63,381 nt of DNA from a bacterium. GTDB taxonomy: Bacteria > Zhuqueibacterota > Zhuqueibacteria > Oceanimicrobiales > Oceanimicrobiaceae. A program made the translations under genes and the position numbers. This document shows positions 37,273 through 47,427 of the stretch, piece by piece. How positions within the stretch are numbered: the first letter of the stretch is position 1; every line of letters starts with the position of its first letter. Location of the stretch: assembly GCA_046757165.1 (NCBI GenBank), contig JBHHXT010000007.1:1-63381 (forward strand), given 5' to 3'. The notes beneath the pieces were generated by a model that worked only from the letters and a program-made list of their open reading frames with translations, was not told the origin of the DNA and did not search any database.

Positions 37273-38502
37273 TCACAAATATTCGAAGCGCTTCCTGCTC
37301 GCATTTAGCAGCAGGCCGACAATGACCAGATTGGCCAGCAGAGACGAGCCACCGTAGCTGAGAAAGGGCAAGGGGAGACCGGTTACCGGCATGATCCCGA
37401 CCGTCATACCGATGTTGACGAAAACCTGGAAAAGAAAGATTGCTGTTCCCCCGAAAACGAGCAGGCTCGAGAACTTGCTTTTGACGCTGGTGGCGATACT
37501 AATCCCTTTGTAAATCAAGTAAAAAAAGAGAACGATGACAACAAAAGCTCCAAGGAAGCCAAACTCTTCGCCAATCACACAAAAGATGAAATCCGTATGT
37601 TGCTCCGGCAGAAAGCGCAGATGCGTCTGCGTGCCATCCAAAAAGCCTTTGCCCACAAGCCCGCCTGAGCCGATGGCAACTTTCGACTGGATGACCTGAT
37701 ACCCCAGGCCGTGGGGGTCCTGCACCAGGCCCATGAATGTCAAAATACGATTCTTCTGATAATCCTTCAACAAATTCCACATGATCGGCGTCAGAACGCC
37801 AACGCCAATGTTGAACACAAAATTGATCAGAAAAAAAGTCAGCCCACGCTTAAACAGAAACAGAGCAATGCTGATCACGAACATGGCTGCAAAAAAGGAG
37901 TAATAGTTGAATGCGCAAACCAGGCTGACAAACGGGGCCAGCAAAACAAATAGCACAACCGGCGACAAACCGGCCCAATGCATCAGTGGCAAAATAAGAG
38001 CCAGAAAAACGAGAGCTGAACCCAGGTCAGGCTGTTTCATAATCAAAATCAGAGGAACGAAAGTCAGGCCAAACGCCAGCCCGACTTCCCGCAGCCGGTC
38101 GAGATTACGGTTGGTGTGACTCAGATACTTCGCCAGGGCCAGCAGGGTGCCGATCTTGGCAAACTCGGCCGGTTGAATCCACGCCGGGCCAAAGGCAATC
38201 CAGCGCCGCGTGCCTGCCCCCGTGCCGACAAAGAGCACCACAACTAGCATGAGAAGTGTAACCGCGTATAGAGCATAGGCATGCTTGTAAAAAAATTTGA
38301 TCGGGGTAAACGTCACCGTCGCCAGGATAAATAAGCCGAGGAAGGCCCAGAGCACCTGTTTGGCGAATTTTGGCTGCCCGGTAGGGGCTTCGCTCACGTA
38401 GGTGGCGCTATAGATTGCAACCAGACCGAAGATGATCAAACCCACCACCGTCAGCAGCAGACCGACGTCCAGGTCCCGAAACAACCTCCTTTGCCCCAAC
38501 AT
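37273..38502 (-). CDS. rodA: Rod shape-determining protein RodA (SEDS)
   Basis: RRWI, QPAEFAK, QPDLGSA, YQKNRI, AIGSGG, LPEQHTDFIF, LPFLSYGGSS. Confidence 0.95.
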   Translation of the reverse strand: MLGQRRLFRDLDVGLLLTVVGLIIFGLVAIYSATYVSEAPTGQPKFAKQVLWAFLGLFILATVTFTPIKFFYKHAYALYAVTLLMLVVVLFVGTGAGTRRWIAFGPAWIQPAEFAKIGTLLALAKYLSHTNRNLDRLREVGLAFGLTFVPLILIMKQPDLGSALVFLALILPLMHWAGLSPVVLFVLLAPFVSLVCAFNYYSFFAAMFVISIALFLFKRGLTFFLINFVFNIGVGVLTPIMWNLLKDYQKNRILTFMGLVQDPHGLGYQVIQSKVAIGSGGLVGKGFLDGTQTHLRFLPEQHTDFIFCVIGEEFGFLGAFVVIVLFFYLIYKGISIATSVKSKFSSLLVFGGTAIFLFQVFVNIGMTVGIMPVTGLPLPFLSYGGSSLLANLVIVGLLLNASRKRFEYL

Positions 38503-40271
38503 CAGTTAAAGGCCACTTTTTGGTTTTCGAAATATAGCAAAAGCAAGCTGCCCGCAATCGGAGCCGCGACTGCACCGCCACCCCCACCATTCTCTACCAT
38601 GATGCAGAAGGCAATTTCGGGATTCTCTCTGGGGGCAAATCCGATGAACCAGGCGTGGCTGTTACCGTGTGGATTTTGCGCGGTTCCGGTCTTGCCGCAG
38701 ACATCGACGCCCGGCACGCTGGCCGCCCGGCCGGTTCCACCGAGCGCATTCACAACCCGCCACATTCCTTCCTTGAGCGTCTCATATGTTTTCTTCGAAA
38801 TACCCTCTATGGGTATTCCTCTTGCGCGCGTCACCGTACCGGCACCCGTCGAGGGGTCGACAATTTTCTTGACAAGACGGGGCTGATAGGCGACGCCCTC
38901 GTTGCCAACGATCATGGCGAAGTAGGCCATTTGCAAGGGGGTGGTCAGAAGATCGCCCTGGCCGACGGCCATGTTGAGAAGCAGACCTCGTGTCCAACGC
39001 TTTTCGCCGTACGTGTCATCCAAATACTTCTTATCTGGAACCAGGCCGGCGCTCTCATTAGGCAAATCGATACCTGTCCTGGTGCCAAAACGAAAAATTC
39101 TGGAATATTTGGACCAGTTCTCCAACCCGACATCCAACCCTTTTTGGTAAAAATAAACGTTACACGAACCCTGGATAGCGGCCAGCAGATTCACGGAGCC
39201 ATGCCCTTGCTTTTTCCAGCATTTGAACGAGCGCCTTCCTAAGCGATAGGCTCCGCGGCAAGTGATGCGCTCTGTCAGGTTGATCGCACCCGTCTCCAGC
39301 CCGGCTGCGGCCAGGACGAGCTTGTACGTCGAGCCAGGCGGGTACACGCTCAGGCACGAGCGGTTATACAGCGGTTTCTCCGGATGATTGATGAGCTCGT
39401 TCCAGATCTTTGGTGTGAGTGGATTTGAAAAAAGCTCCGGGTCATAATCCGGCTTGCTGAGAATGGCCAGCACATCACCATTGCGCGGGTCCAGGACCAC
39501 AGCGGCCCCTTTCCTGCCAGTCATGCTCGCTTCCAGGTGCGCTTGCAATTTGGCGTCGACGGTCATATAAAGATTCTGGCCGGGTTTGTGGGGACTCCCG
39601 GCCAGCTCAGGCAATTCCCGTACTTCCCTTCCCAGAACGTCAACCTCGACATACTTTACGCCAGCCAGCCCCTTCAAGTCGTTCTCGTACTCCAGTTCGA
39701 TTCCGCTCTTGCCGATGACGTCACCCATGCGGTAGTTGTCTTCCTCTAAGCTTGACAATTCCCTGGCCGTGATTTCTCCAAGATACCCAAAGAGGTGCGG
39801 GGCTTTTACGCCGCCGGGATAGGCTCGCCTGGGCTCAACGCTGTAAAAAACACCCGGTAAGTCGAGCCGATTCTCTTCGATATCGCCAAGCTCTCTGAAA
39901 TCAATTTGGCGCTTGATGCGAACCGGATGAAAATTGCTGATCTTCTCTTTCTTGATCTTTGCGATCAGGGCTTCGGGCGGCATTTGCAGGATGTCGGCCA
40001 ATAATCGAATCGCTGCTTCGGATTTCAAGAACTCGTAAGGGATGACAGACACCGAATAGGCCGGCCGGTTGTCCACCAGAATCCGGCCATTGCGGTCGAG
40101 CACTTGTCCACGCGGAGCGGCCAGGATGACATTCCGCACCCGGTTGCGTTCGGATTCAGAGAAGTATTTTTCGCGACTGTAAAGCTGCAAATGCGCTAAT
40201 CTAACCAGCAGAATCAGAAATAGCATGCCGGCAAACATCAAGTAAGACCGATTCAGACTTTGCACAGCCAT
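38502..40271 (-). CDS. mrdA: Penicillin-binding protein 2
   Basis: APRGQVLDRNG, GKSGIE, PPGSTYK (SxxK), SCN, KTGTAQ; lies in the mre operon. Confidence 0.95.
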   Translation of the reverse strand: MAVQSLNRSYLMFAGMLFLILLVRLAHLQLYSREKYFSESERNRVRNVILAAPRGQVLDRNGRILVDNRPAYSVSVIPYEFLKSEAAIRLLADILQMPPEALIAKIKKEKISNFHPVRIKRQIDFRELGDIEENRLDLPGVFYSVEPRRAYPGGVKAPHLFGYLGEITARELSSLEEDNYRMGDVIGKSGIELEYENDLKGLAGVKYVEVDVLGREVRELPELAGSPHKPGQNLYMTVDAKLQAHLEASMTGRKGAAVVLDPRNGDVLAILSKPDYDPELFSNPLTPKIWNELINHPEKPLYNRSCLSVYPPGSTYKLVLAAAGLETGAINLTERITCRGAYRLGRRSFKCWKKQGHGSVNLLAAIQGSCNVYFYQKGLDVGLENWSKYSRIFRFGTRTGIDLPNESAGLVPDKKYLDDTYGEKRWTRGLLLNMAVGQGDLLTTPLQMAYFAMIVGNEGVAYQPRLVKKIVDPSTGAGTVTRARGIPIEGISKKTYETLKEGMWRVVNALGGTGRAASVPGVDVCGKTGTAQNPHGNSHAWFIGFAPRENPEIAFCIMVENGGGGGAVAAPIAGSLLLLYFENQKVAFN

Positions 40272-40324
40272 GAGGTGATCCTAGGCGCTTACAAAAAATT
40301 ATCTACCAAAGTGTTGTCGATAAC

Positions 40325-40400
40325 TTGGAGTATTGGATTTTCAACCAGCCAATCTCCATTACTCCATTACTCCATCGCTCCATCGCTCCAAAACTCCATT
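40325..40400. repeat. Octamer tandem repeat with a short inverted arm
   Basis: Six units ctccatta/ctccatta/ctccatcg/ctccatcg/ctccaaaa/ctccatt (40354-40400), plus complementary ttggagtattgga (40325-40337). Confidence 0.8.
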
Positions 40401-40427
40401 TCTTGCAAGCGCAGTCTTGCACGAAAA

Positions 40428-40913
40428 CTAGTCTCTGCGCCTTCCCCAAACCATTTTCGGAAAGGTTAACAAAATGATCGCCATGAAAACAAGTGTGTAA
40501 CACGTTTGCGGCAAAACTCTGGTAAAAAACGTATGCCCTAAACCCAATGACGTTCCAATTGTCAAAATTGAAAAATATAAGACGTCGTGCACAAGAATCG
40601 TGACAAACAGTTGGCCGACAGCCACGCCGAGCCGTCGTTGCATGTGTTCGTTCGACCAGGTCCCTGCCACAAACGCAGAAGTCGATTTTGCGAGTGACGA
40701 AACGCCGAGAAAGCCACTGCCGAAAAAGTCGAAGACCAGACCGGCGACGAAGCCACACCCGACACCGTGGATCTTACCCCTTCTCATTGAAACCAAAATG
40801 ACCACGATCACACCCAGGTCAGGTGTTGTCTCTCTTATCGAGAACAGCGGAACGACCTTGAGTTGAAGAATAATTGCGATTGTAAACAGGAAGCTATAAA
40901 AGAGGATGAGCAT
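40428..40913 (-). CDS. mreD: Rod shape-determining protein MreD
   Basis: Hydrophobic 161 aa with PDL and GFVAGLVFD; lies between mreC and mrdA. Confidence 0.88.
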   Translation of the reverse strand: MLILFYSFLFTIAIILQLKVVPLFSIRETTPDLGVIVVILVSMRRGKIHGVGCGFVAGLVFDFFGSGFLGVSSLAKSTSAFVAGTWSNEHMQRRLGVAVGQLFVTILVHDVLYFSILTIGTSLGLGHTFFTRVLPQTCYTLVFMAIILLTFPKMVWGRRRD

Positions 40914-40923
40914 CTAAGCCTAT

Positions 40924-41721
40924 TTACTGTGGCACCGGGTGCTTTTTCACGACAAAAACTTCTTCCAATTTCGAAAAATCAACCGCTGTATCGAGAACCA
41001 CTCGCATGAACAGCCCCTGCTTGTCTTCATCCACCTGAACCACCGTACCGATTTTGAGACCGCCGGGAAAGATCCTGCTCAGACCCGAAGTGACCACTGT
41101 ATCTCCCACGACAACGTCGGACCGCTTCGGAACTTCTGCCAGAACGACTTGACTGCCTTCACTCCATTTCACCAGGCCCGTGACACGACTGCGCTGCACC
41201 ATGGCGCTCACTCTAAAATTGCGATCCAGGAGAAGCTGGGCGGTCGCATCGTACTGACTGACATGGTACACTTTGCCGGCTAAGCCTTGAGCCGTTACCA
41301 CGGCCATGTTTCTGGAAACACTGTCAGCAAAACCGGCTGTCAGAAGAATTGAATGGATAAAGCCATTTTCATCCTTGCCCACGACTTTTGCCGCAACCAG
41401 CTGCAGCTGGCTCTTGTGTTTGAATTCCAGCAGCGCACGCAAGCGCTGGTTCTCGTGGGCCACCTCTCTAAGCTGACTATTCGCCAGCATGAGCTGCGCG
41501 TTTTGCTCCCGCAGCCAATGGTTTTCTTCGTATAAGCCCTGATAGCGCTCGAAAACGGACACCTTGTCGAGAAGGTAACCAAATCCGGCCAACGTCCAGG
41601 CTCTCACCGTATGCATCTGGTCGACATCGTCTGAGAAGATGAGGCTCAAGGATACAACGACCGCCAGCAAGAGCGTCAGAACGTCTTTACGTCGGATGAA
41701 CCACTCATCTAAACGAACCAT
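40924..41721 (-). CDS. mreC: Rod shape-determining protein MreC
   Basis: N-terminal TM, ENQRLRALL, GDTVVTSGLSRIFPGG. Confidence 0.93.
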   Translation of the reverse strand: MVRLDEWFIRRKDVLTLLLAVVVSLSLIFSDDVDQMHTVRAWTLAGFGYLLDKVSVFERYQGLYEENHWLREQNAQLMLANSQLREVAHENQRLRALLEFKHKSQLQLVAAKVVGKDENGFIHSILLTAGFADSVSRNMAVVTAQGLAGKVYHVSQYDATAQLLLDRNFRVSAMVQRSRVTGLVKWSEGSQVVLAEVPKRSDVVVGDTVVTSGLSRIFPGGLKIGTVVQVDEDKQGLFMRVVLDTAVDFSKLEEVFVVKKHPVPQ

Positions 41722-41722
41722 T

Positions 41723-42775
41723 TCAGTACCGTTTGGTCGGGCTCAAAACCTTCTGGTAGCCGTTCAAGTTATCAAAAATCTTTCCCGTACCCAGGACCAC
41801 GCAGGTGAGCGGATCTTCTGCAACGATGATGGGCAGCTCGGTGTCGATGCGCAACCGCTCGTCCAATCCCTTCAACAGGGCGCCGCCACCGGTCAAAACG
41901 ATGCCGCGGTCCAGAATATCTGAAGCCAGCTCAGGGGGGGTGCGCTCCAGACACAGCTTGACGGCGTCGACGATGTAGCCCACAGACTCGGAGAGCGCAT
42001 CCTGAATTTCTTTGGAATGAACTTTGACGGTTTTGGGGATCCCGTCCACGAGATCGCGGCCCTTGACCATCTTGACATCCTCCGCCTTGTACGGCGCCGC
42101 CGAGCCCATGGTCATCTTGATCACTTCCGCGGTATTCTCACCGATGAGTAGATTATAGGCTTTCTTGAAGTACTGAATGATCGCTTCATTCATCTCGTCG
42201 CCACCAATTCGAATAGAGATGTCGGTGACGATTCCCGACAGGGAGATGACCGCGATTTCCGTTGTGCCGCCGCCGATATCGATCACCATGCTGCCCACTG
42301 GATCCTCGATCGGCAGGTCGACGCCTAACGCTGCGGCCATCGGCTCCTGGATCAGGTAAATCTCCCGGCCACCAGCATGCTCAGCCGAGTCCCGCACGGC
42401 CCGTCTCTCAACTTCTGTGATTCCGGACGGAATGCAAACCGCAATTCGCGGCCGGATGAGGCGATTGCTCTGCACCTTGCGGATAAAGTGGCGAATCATC
42501 CGCTCGGCGAGATCAAAATCAGCGATGACGCCATCCTTGAGAGGGCGGATGGTCACCAGGCTCTCCGGCGTCCGTCCCATCATGGTTTTGGCATCGCTGC
42601 CATAGGCCATGATTTCCTGGTCACTCTTGCGAACCGCAACGATGGAAGGCTCGTTGATCAAAATGCCACGTCCTTTGACGTAGACCAGCGTGTTTGCCGT
42701 TCCAAGGTCGATTGCAATGTCGTTCAAAAAAAGTCTGCTCCAAAAGGAGAGTCCCTGATTGTTATTGTCTTCCAT
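41723..42775 (-). CDS. mreB: Actin-like rod shape protein MreB
   Basis: IDLGTANT, RPLKDGVIADF, DIGGGTTE, LTGGGALL; start set at ATG 42775. Confidence 0.97.
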   Translation of the reverse strand: MEDNNNQGLSFWSRLFLNDIAIDLGTANTLVYVKGRGILINEPSIVAVRKSDQEIMAYGSDAKTMMGRTPESLVTIRPLKDGVIADFDLAERMIRHFIRKVQSNRLIRPRIAVCIPSGITEVERRAVRDSAEHAGGREIYLIQEPMAAALGVDLPIEDPVGSMVIDIGGGTTEIAVISLSGIVTDISIRIGGDEMNEAIIQYFKKAYNLLIGENTAEVIKMTMGSAAPYKAEDVKMVKGRDLVDGIPKTVKVHSKEIQDALSESVGYIVDAVKLCLERTPPELASDILDRGIVLTGGGALLKGLDERLRIDTELPIIVAEDPLTCVVLGTGKIFDNLNGYQKVLSPTKRY

Positions 42776-42821
42776 GCTCTTTTCTTTCGTTATGCCCTTT
42801 TTGTAGAGACCTCTTTGGATC

Positions 42822-44387
42822 TTACGAATGCCGGAACTGGCGAACGCCGGTAAACACCATCGCCATCTGGCGCTCATCGGCAGCCTGAATGACTTCTTGG
42901 TCGCGCACGGAACCCCCGGGCTGAATGATGGCTGTCGCCCCGACCTCGGCGGCCACCTCAATACCATCCCGAAAGGGGAAAAACGCGTCGGAGGCCATCA
43001 CCGTGTCCTTCAACTCGAGACCCATGCGCTTAGCCTTATCCACCGCCAACCGTGAGGCATCGACCCGCGACATTTGCCCGGCGCCGATGCCAATGGTGCG
43101 GTCTGTTTTCGAGTAGACAATTGCGTTGGATTTCACCCACTTGCAAACCCGCCATCCGAATTTCAGCGCAGTCCATTCTTCTGCGCCCGGCTGGCGTTTT
43201 GAGACCACCTTAAGCTCTATATCGTTTATATTCATGAAATCTTGATCTTGCAGCAGCACCCCCCCCTGAACCCGCTTGACCTCGAACTCCCGCACCCGTG
43301 GCTGTGCGACATCAGACACCTCGAGCAGACGCAGATTCTTCTTTGCTTGCAGGATTTCCAGCGCCCCGGAGGTAAAGCCTGGTGCAACCACCACTTCGGT
43401 AAACACCTCAGCTATCACCCTGGCCGTTTCCTCGTCTACGGGCCTGTTGACCCCGACGATGCCTCCGAAAGCAGAAACGGGGTCCGTGGCTTTCGCCGTC
43501 ACATATGCCTGCCGCAAAGACCTGCCCGTCGCAACCCCGCACGGATTCGTGTGTTTGATAATCACCACGCACGGCTCGGTGAATTCCTGTACGATGCCCA
43601 ACGCAGCGTCCGCATCGATGAAGTTGTTGTAAGAAAGTTCTTTGCCATGTATCTGTTTCGCTCCTGGCAGTCCGGTCGCGGGCTCACCTTTCTGCCTGAA
43701 CAGCGCACTCCTCTGGTGCGGATTCTCACCGTACCGCAGGTCCTGAACCTTTTCAAGCTCGAGCTCAATAGTATCGGCAAGCCACGGTTCTGAAGTCACC
43801 GGTTCAGCGAGATAATGGTGAATCGCCGCATCGTATGATGATGTGCGTGCAAATGCGCAGGCGGCAAGCTGTCTGCGCGTGGCGAGTGTCATCTCGCCCC
43901 CATTAGCATCGAGCTCGGCCAGCACAGCCGGATACTGCTCCGGGGCGGTCACCACGGCAACATGCAGATAGTTTTTGGCGCCAGCGCGAATCATGCTCGG
44001 CCCGCCGATATCGATATGCTCGAGGGCCTGAAGCATCTCCACACCCGGCTGCGCAATCGTTTGCTCGAACGGATAAAGATTCACCACAACCAGATCGATC
44101 AAGCCGAGGCCGTGCGCCGAGCCCTCCTGCATCTGAGACACATCGTCTCGCAGCGCCAGCAAGGCGCCAAAAACCCTGGGGTGAAGCGTCTTGACCCGGC
44201 CGCTCAGTATCTCAGGGAACCCGGTGATATCGGAAATGGAGACCGTGTCGATACCGTGGTTCTGCAAATGCCTGGCGGTTCCCCCGGTGGAGATGATTTC
44301 GATTTCGAGATCTTTGAGCGTTCTGGCAAATTCGACAACGCCTGTCTTGTCGTAAACGCTGATCAAAGCCCGCTCAATTCTGGGCAT
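42822..44387 (-). CDS. purH: Bifunctional AICAR transformylase/IMP cyclohydrolase
   Basis: [49 protein letters not shown]. Confidence 0.97.
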   Translation of the reverse strand: MPRIERALISVYDKTGVVEFARTLKDLEIEIISTGGTARHLQNHGIDTVSISDITGFPEILSGRVKTLHPRVFGALLALRDDVSQMQEGSAHGLGLIDLVVVNLYPFEQTIAQPGVEMLQALEHIDIGGPSMIRAGAKNYLHVAVVTAPEQYPAVLAELDANGGEMTLATRRQLAACAFARTSSYDAAIHHYLAEPVTSEPWLADTIELELEKVQDLRYGENPHQRSALFRQKGEPATGLPGAKQIHGKELSYNNFIDADAALGIVQEFTEPCVVIIKHTNPCGVATGRSLRQAYVTAKATDPVSAFGGIVGVNRPVDEETARVIAEVFTEVVVAPGFTSGALEILQAKKNLRLLEVSDVAQPRVREFEVKRVQGGVLLQDQDFMNINDIELKVVSKRQPGAEEWTALKFGWRVCKWVKSNAIVYSKTDRTIGIGAGQMSRVDASRLAVDKAKRMGLELKDTVMASDAFFPFRDGIEVAAEVGATAIIQPGGSVRDQEVIQAADERQMAMVFTGVRQFRHS

Positions 44388-44396
44388 GTTTTCTCC

Positions 44397-45050
44397 TTAA
44401 GACGGCAGTTCTCGAGCGGCTGATGGGGGGTTGATATGAACCCGGCGCCCCTGGATGTCGACTCGCTTCTCGGCAAAGAGTTGCAGAGCTTCGGCGTAGA
44501 TCAGATGCTCTTGCTCGAGCACGCGCGCAGCCAGGCTCTCCACGGTGTCGCCCTGCTCAACGGGTACGCATCTCTGCAGCACGGGCGGGCCGGTGTCATA
44601 TTCCTCATCCACCAGATGGACCGTCACCCCGGTGACTCTGCACCCGTAATCCAGCACAGCTTGATGCACTCTCTTGCCGTACATCCCTTTGCCCCCAAAA
44701 GCTGGCAACAGCGCCGGATGAATATTCAAGATTCGGTTTTTATATCGGTGAATCACCGCGGGGCTAATTCTCTTCAAATAGCCGGCCAGCGCGATCATGT
44801 TCACCTGGTGTTCAGCCAGGGCATCCAGAAAGGCGTTGTCGAACGTCTCCTGGGTATCAAATTGCTCGAGGGTGAGATGTCGGGAAGGGATGCCGTGCTG
44901 CCTGGCAACCTGCAAAGCCCCCGCTTCAGTCTTGTTGCTCATGACCAGGAGGATTTTGCCCGTCAACCGTCCCTGCTCAATGGCCTTGATCAATGCCGTC
45001 AAATTCGAGCCCCTCCCCGAAGCCAGAACGGCAATTCGCATCACGTCCAA
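44397..45050 (-). CDS. purN: Phosphoribosylglycinamide formyltransferase
   Basis: SGRGSN, LAGY, NIHPALLP, GVTVHLVDEEYDTGP. Confidence 0.96.
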   Translation of the reverse strand: MDVMRIAVLASGRGSNLTALIKAIEQGRLTGKILLVMSNKTEAGALQVARQHGIPSRHLTLEQFDTQETFDNAFLDALAEHQVNMIALAGYLKRISPAVIHRYKNRILNIHPALLPAFGGKGMYGKRVHQAVLDYGCRVTGVTVHLVDEEYDTGPPVLQRCVPVEQGDTVESLAARVLEQEHLIYAEALQLFAEKRVDIQGRRVHINPPSAARELPS

Positions 45051-45130
45051 CTCGAGTCCTTCCTTGATTCTGTTCCTTTCTATCTAATGAAGTTGAGGCA
45101 GAAATGCAATGAAAAAGTTGATCAAATTCC

Positions 45131-46078
45131 TCAGAGCTGAGCCTGGGGGGCGGGGTACTCGTCCATCGTCACTTCCAGAACGCCTGTCTCTGCATCCAGG
45201 CAAGCTCGAGCACCCAGGGGGAGCGTATATTTGACCTCCCCATGCCCGTAGGGCAGACCCGCTACCACCGGAATCTCCAGGCCGGCCGTCGCGTTCATGA
45301 CGATTTCTTCAACGGTCAAACTCGGCTGGCCGGATGAGGGCTCGCATCCGCTGAAGTGCCCGAGCACCAGGCCCCCTGCCTGCGCGAGCACGCCCGCCAG
45401 CTTCAATTGCGTCAACATCCTGTCCAGCCGGTAGGGCTCTTCACCGATTTCTTCGATGACCAGAATTGCACCACGCAGGTCTGGCAGATATTCGGTCCCG
45501 AGCAAGGAGCACACCATGGCGAGATTGCCGCCGAGCAGCGTCCCTGTGGCCCGCCCCGGTTTCAACCTCTCGAGCGGACCGTCTCGAGCGGTCATTTTCA
45601 GACTGATGTTCGCGGAAGTCAAAAGCGGCCAGAAGTGAGCCTCGGTGAATGGTGCCACGCCTTTGCCCAGCTCCACGGCGACCATGGGGCCGGAGAACGT
45701 GACCAGACCGGTCCTGGCAAAAATAGCCAGTTGCAGGGCGGTGATGTCGCTGTACCCCACCAGGATCTTTGGGCGCTCTTTGATCACCTCATAATCGATG
45801 TGCGGCAAGATTCGCGGCGTGCCGTAGCCGCCGCGGGTACAGAAAACCGCATCCACCTCCGGGTCGCACAGCATGCTGTTCAGGTCATGAACCCGGTCGG
45901 CATCCTGGCCGGCAAGATAGCCATGGACGTCAGAGACATGCTTGCCCAGCTTGATCTTGTAACCGCGCTCTTTGAGATAGTGAAGACCTTTTGACAGGCG
46001 CTGCTCAATCATCGGGCTGGCCGGACCGACGACCGCGAGTGTAGCGCCTTCTGGGAGTTTTGGAGGACGGAGCGTCAC
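45131..46078 (-). CDS. LD-carboxypeptidase (peptidase S66, LdcA-like)
   Basis: RGGYG, GYSDIT, GGNL, IEEIGE, YGHG (Ser-Glu-His triad motifs). Confidence 0.92.
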   Translation of the reverse strand: MTLRPPKLPEGATLAVVGPASPMIEQRLSKGLHYLKERGYKIKLGKHVSDVHGYLAGQDADRVHDLNSMLCDPEVDAVFCTRGGYGTPRILPHIDYEVIKERPKILVGYSDITALQLAIFARTGLVTFSGPMVAVELGKGVAPFTEAHFWPLLTSANISLKMTARDGPLERLKPGRATGTLLGGNLAMVCSLLGTEYLPDLRGAILVIEEIGEEPYRLDRMLTQLKLAGVLAQAGGLVLGHFSGCEPSSGQPSLTVEEIVMNATAGLEIPVVAGLPYGHGEVKYTLPLGARACLDAETGVLEVTMDEYPAPQAQL

Positions 46079-47427
46079 AGCAGGATGTCATCCCGGCCAA
46101 GCAAGTCAAAAATCTCGACGTAATTCTCGATGCGGTATTCGCCGGCAATCAGCTCGAAAATGACACGGCGGTTGAGATTGGAATAATGCCAGACGACGCG
46201 CTGCCGGCTGCTGCCGAAGCGGTCGAATTGGTTGCGGAACGGCCGGCTGATGTATTCGGGCGCACCGAGCTTGATCAGCACCATGCCGCGCTGCGTTCGC
46301 CAACCCGGTTTGACGTTGTCGCGGAACTTCTCGTTGGCAATGGCAATTCTGCGGTAGTATTCTTCCATGTACTCGTTATTGCTCGTTTCGGGAACCGGGT
46401 CGCGCTTTTGCCAAAACTCGTCAAAAGCCTGCACCTTGCTTTCGCCCTCGAGCGCCAACATGGCTTTGATCTCTTTCCCCCTGGCAATATACTCCAGCTT
46501 CTCGATGGCGTCATCCAGATTCGCATAAAGCTGACCCAGGCGTTTGCTGGAAGTCTTGAGCCTCTGACCAATCTCCAGGGTTTCCCCCTGGTAGGTGATC
46601 GAGACGTGGGCGTCGAAATTCGCCAAGGCCCTCGTCTCCTGGTTCAGGACGATGGTCTGTTTTGTCACGGCCCCGTCACCGACGCCGATTTTGTCGCCGC
46701 TCTGGGTGACTTGACCGACGGGATTCTTTATCTCATAGTTGATCTGCAGAGTGTCGCCAGCTTCAACGTTGTATATTTCAAAATAGGCATAAAGCCCGGT
46801 GGAGTCTGGAGGCGACTTCTTTGACAGCGTATCGTCCGGGACCTCATCCAGGAAGGCCACGGAGGTCAAGAAAATCAGATCGCTGACAGCAAAGCCCTGG
46901 TCAAGAAAATCCTGCAAAAATACACGGCCCTCCTGGCTGCCCGCACGCCCCGTCTCCTTGTCCTCGAGCTCAATCTTCGCAAGGTACTCTCCGGCAGGCA
47001 GGTCCATTTCACTCTGTGTGGAGGCAATATCGCTTCGCGACTTCGTTTCGTCAAAGCTGTTTGCAAAGGCAGTGCCCGGCCATCTGCGACTTTCCACCTC
47101 AACCCCGGACGAGTCCAGCAGGATGATGGCTGCTTCATAATCAGCGCGAAATTTCTTCTTGCCGACTTTTATGAATTGAAGCTCATCATACACAACCAGC
47201 ACCTGAACGGTCACACGGCTCATCCTGGCGCTGTCGGAAGCCGTGTTGAACATCCTGACCGTAAAATTGGGAACGTCCGGCGAGTGGTCCTTTTTGATCA
47301 ACTGAAACGTATCGCCGGCAAAAGCGGCCGTCAGATTCAAGCCTGCCCACAAGGCGCCCCAGCACAAACCTGAACGTCTTAGTAATTGCATCGTTCGATT
47401 CCGTCCGTTTAGAGGAGGGTTGCTCAT
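46075..47427 (-). CDS. GWxTD-domain protein (variant GWRTQ), secreted
   Basis: Signal peptide; FWQKRDPVPETSNNE..EYYRR, PGWRTQRGMVLIKLGAP. Confidence 0.85.
   Translation of the reverse strand: MSNPPLNGRNRTMQLLRRSGLCWGALWAGLNLTAAFAGDTFQLIKKDHSPDVPNFTVRMFNTASDSARMSRVTVQVLVVYDELQFIKVGKKKFRADYEAAIILLDSSGVEVESRRWPGTAFANSFDETKSRSDIASTQSEMDLPAGEYLAKIELEDKETGRAGSQEGRVFLQDFLDQGFAVSDLIFLTSVAFLDEVPDDTLSKKSPPDSTGLYAYFEIYNVEAGDTLQINYEIKNPVGQVTQSGDKIGVGDGAVTKQTIVLNQETRALANFDAHVSITYQGETLEIGQRLKTSSKRLGQLYANLDDAIEKLEYIARGKEIKAMLALEGESKVQAFDEFWQKRDPVPETSNNEYMEEYYRRIAIANEKFRDNVKPGWRTQRGMVLIKLGAPEYISRPFRNQFDRFGSSRQRVVWHYSNLNRRVIFELIAGEYRIENYVEIFDLLGRDDILL

Noticed and set aside
40303..40758. 151-aa alternative-frame ORF overlapping mreD
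   Set aside because: Overlaps mreD out of frame, and its tail is translation of the octamer repeat
42776..42967. N-terminal extension of MreB in the ORF track
   Set aside because: Overlaps the purH 3' end; MreB homology begins just after ATG 42775
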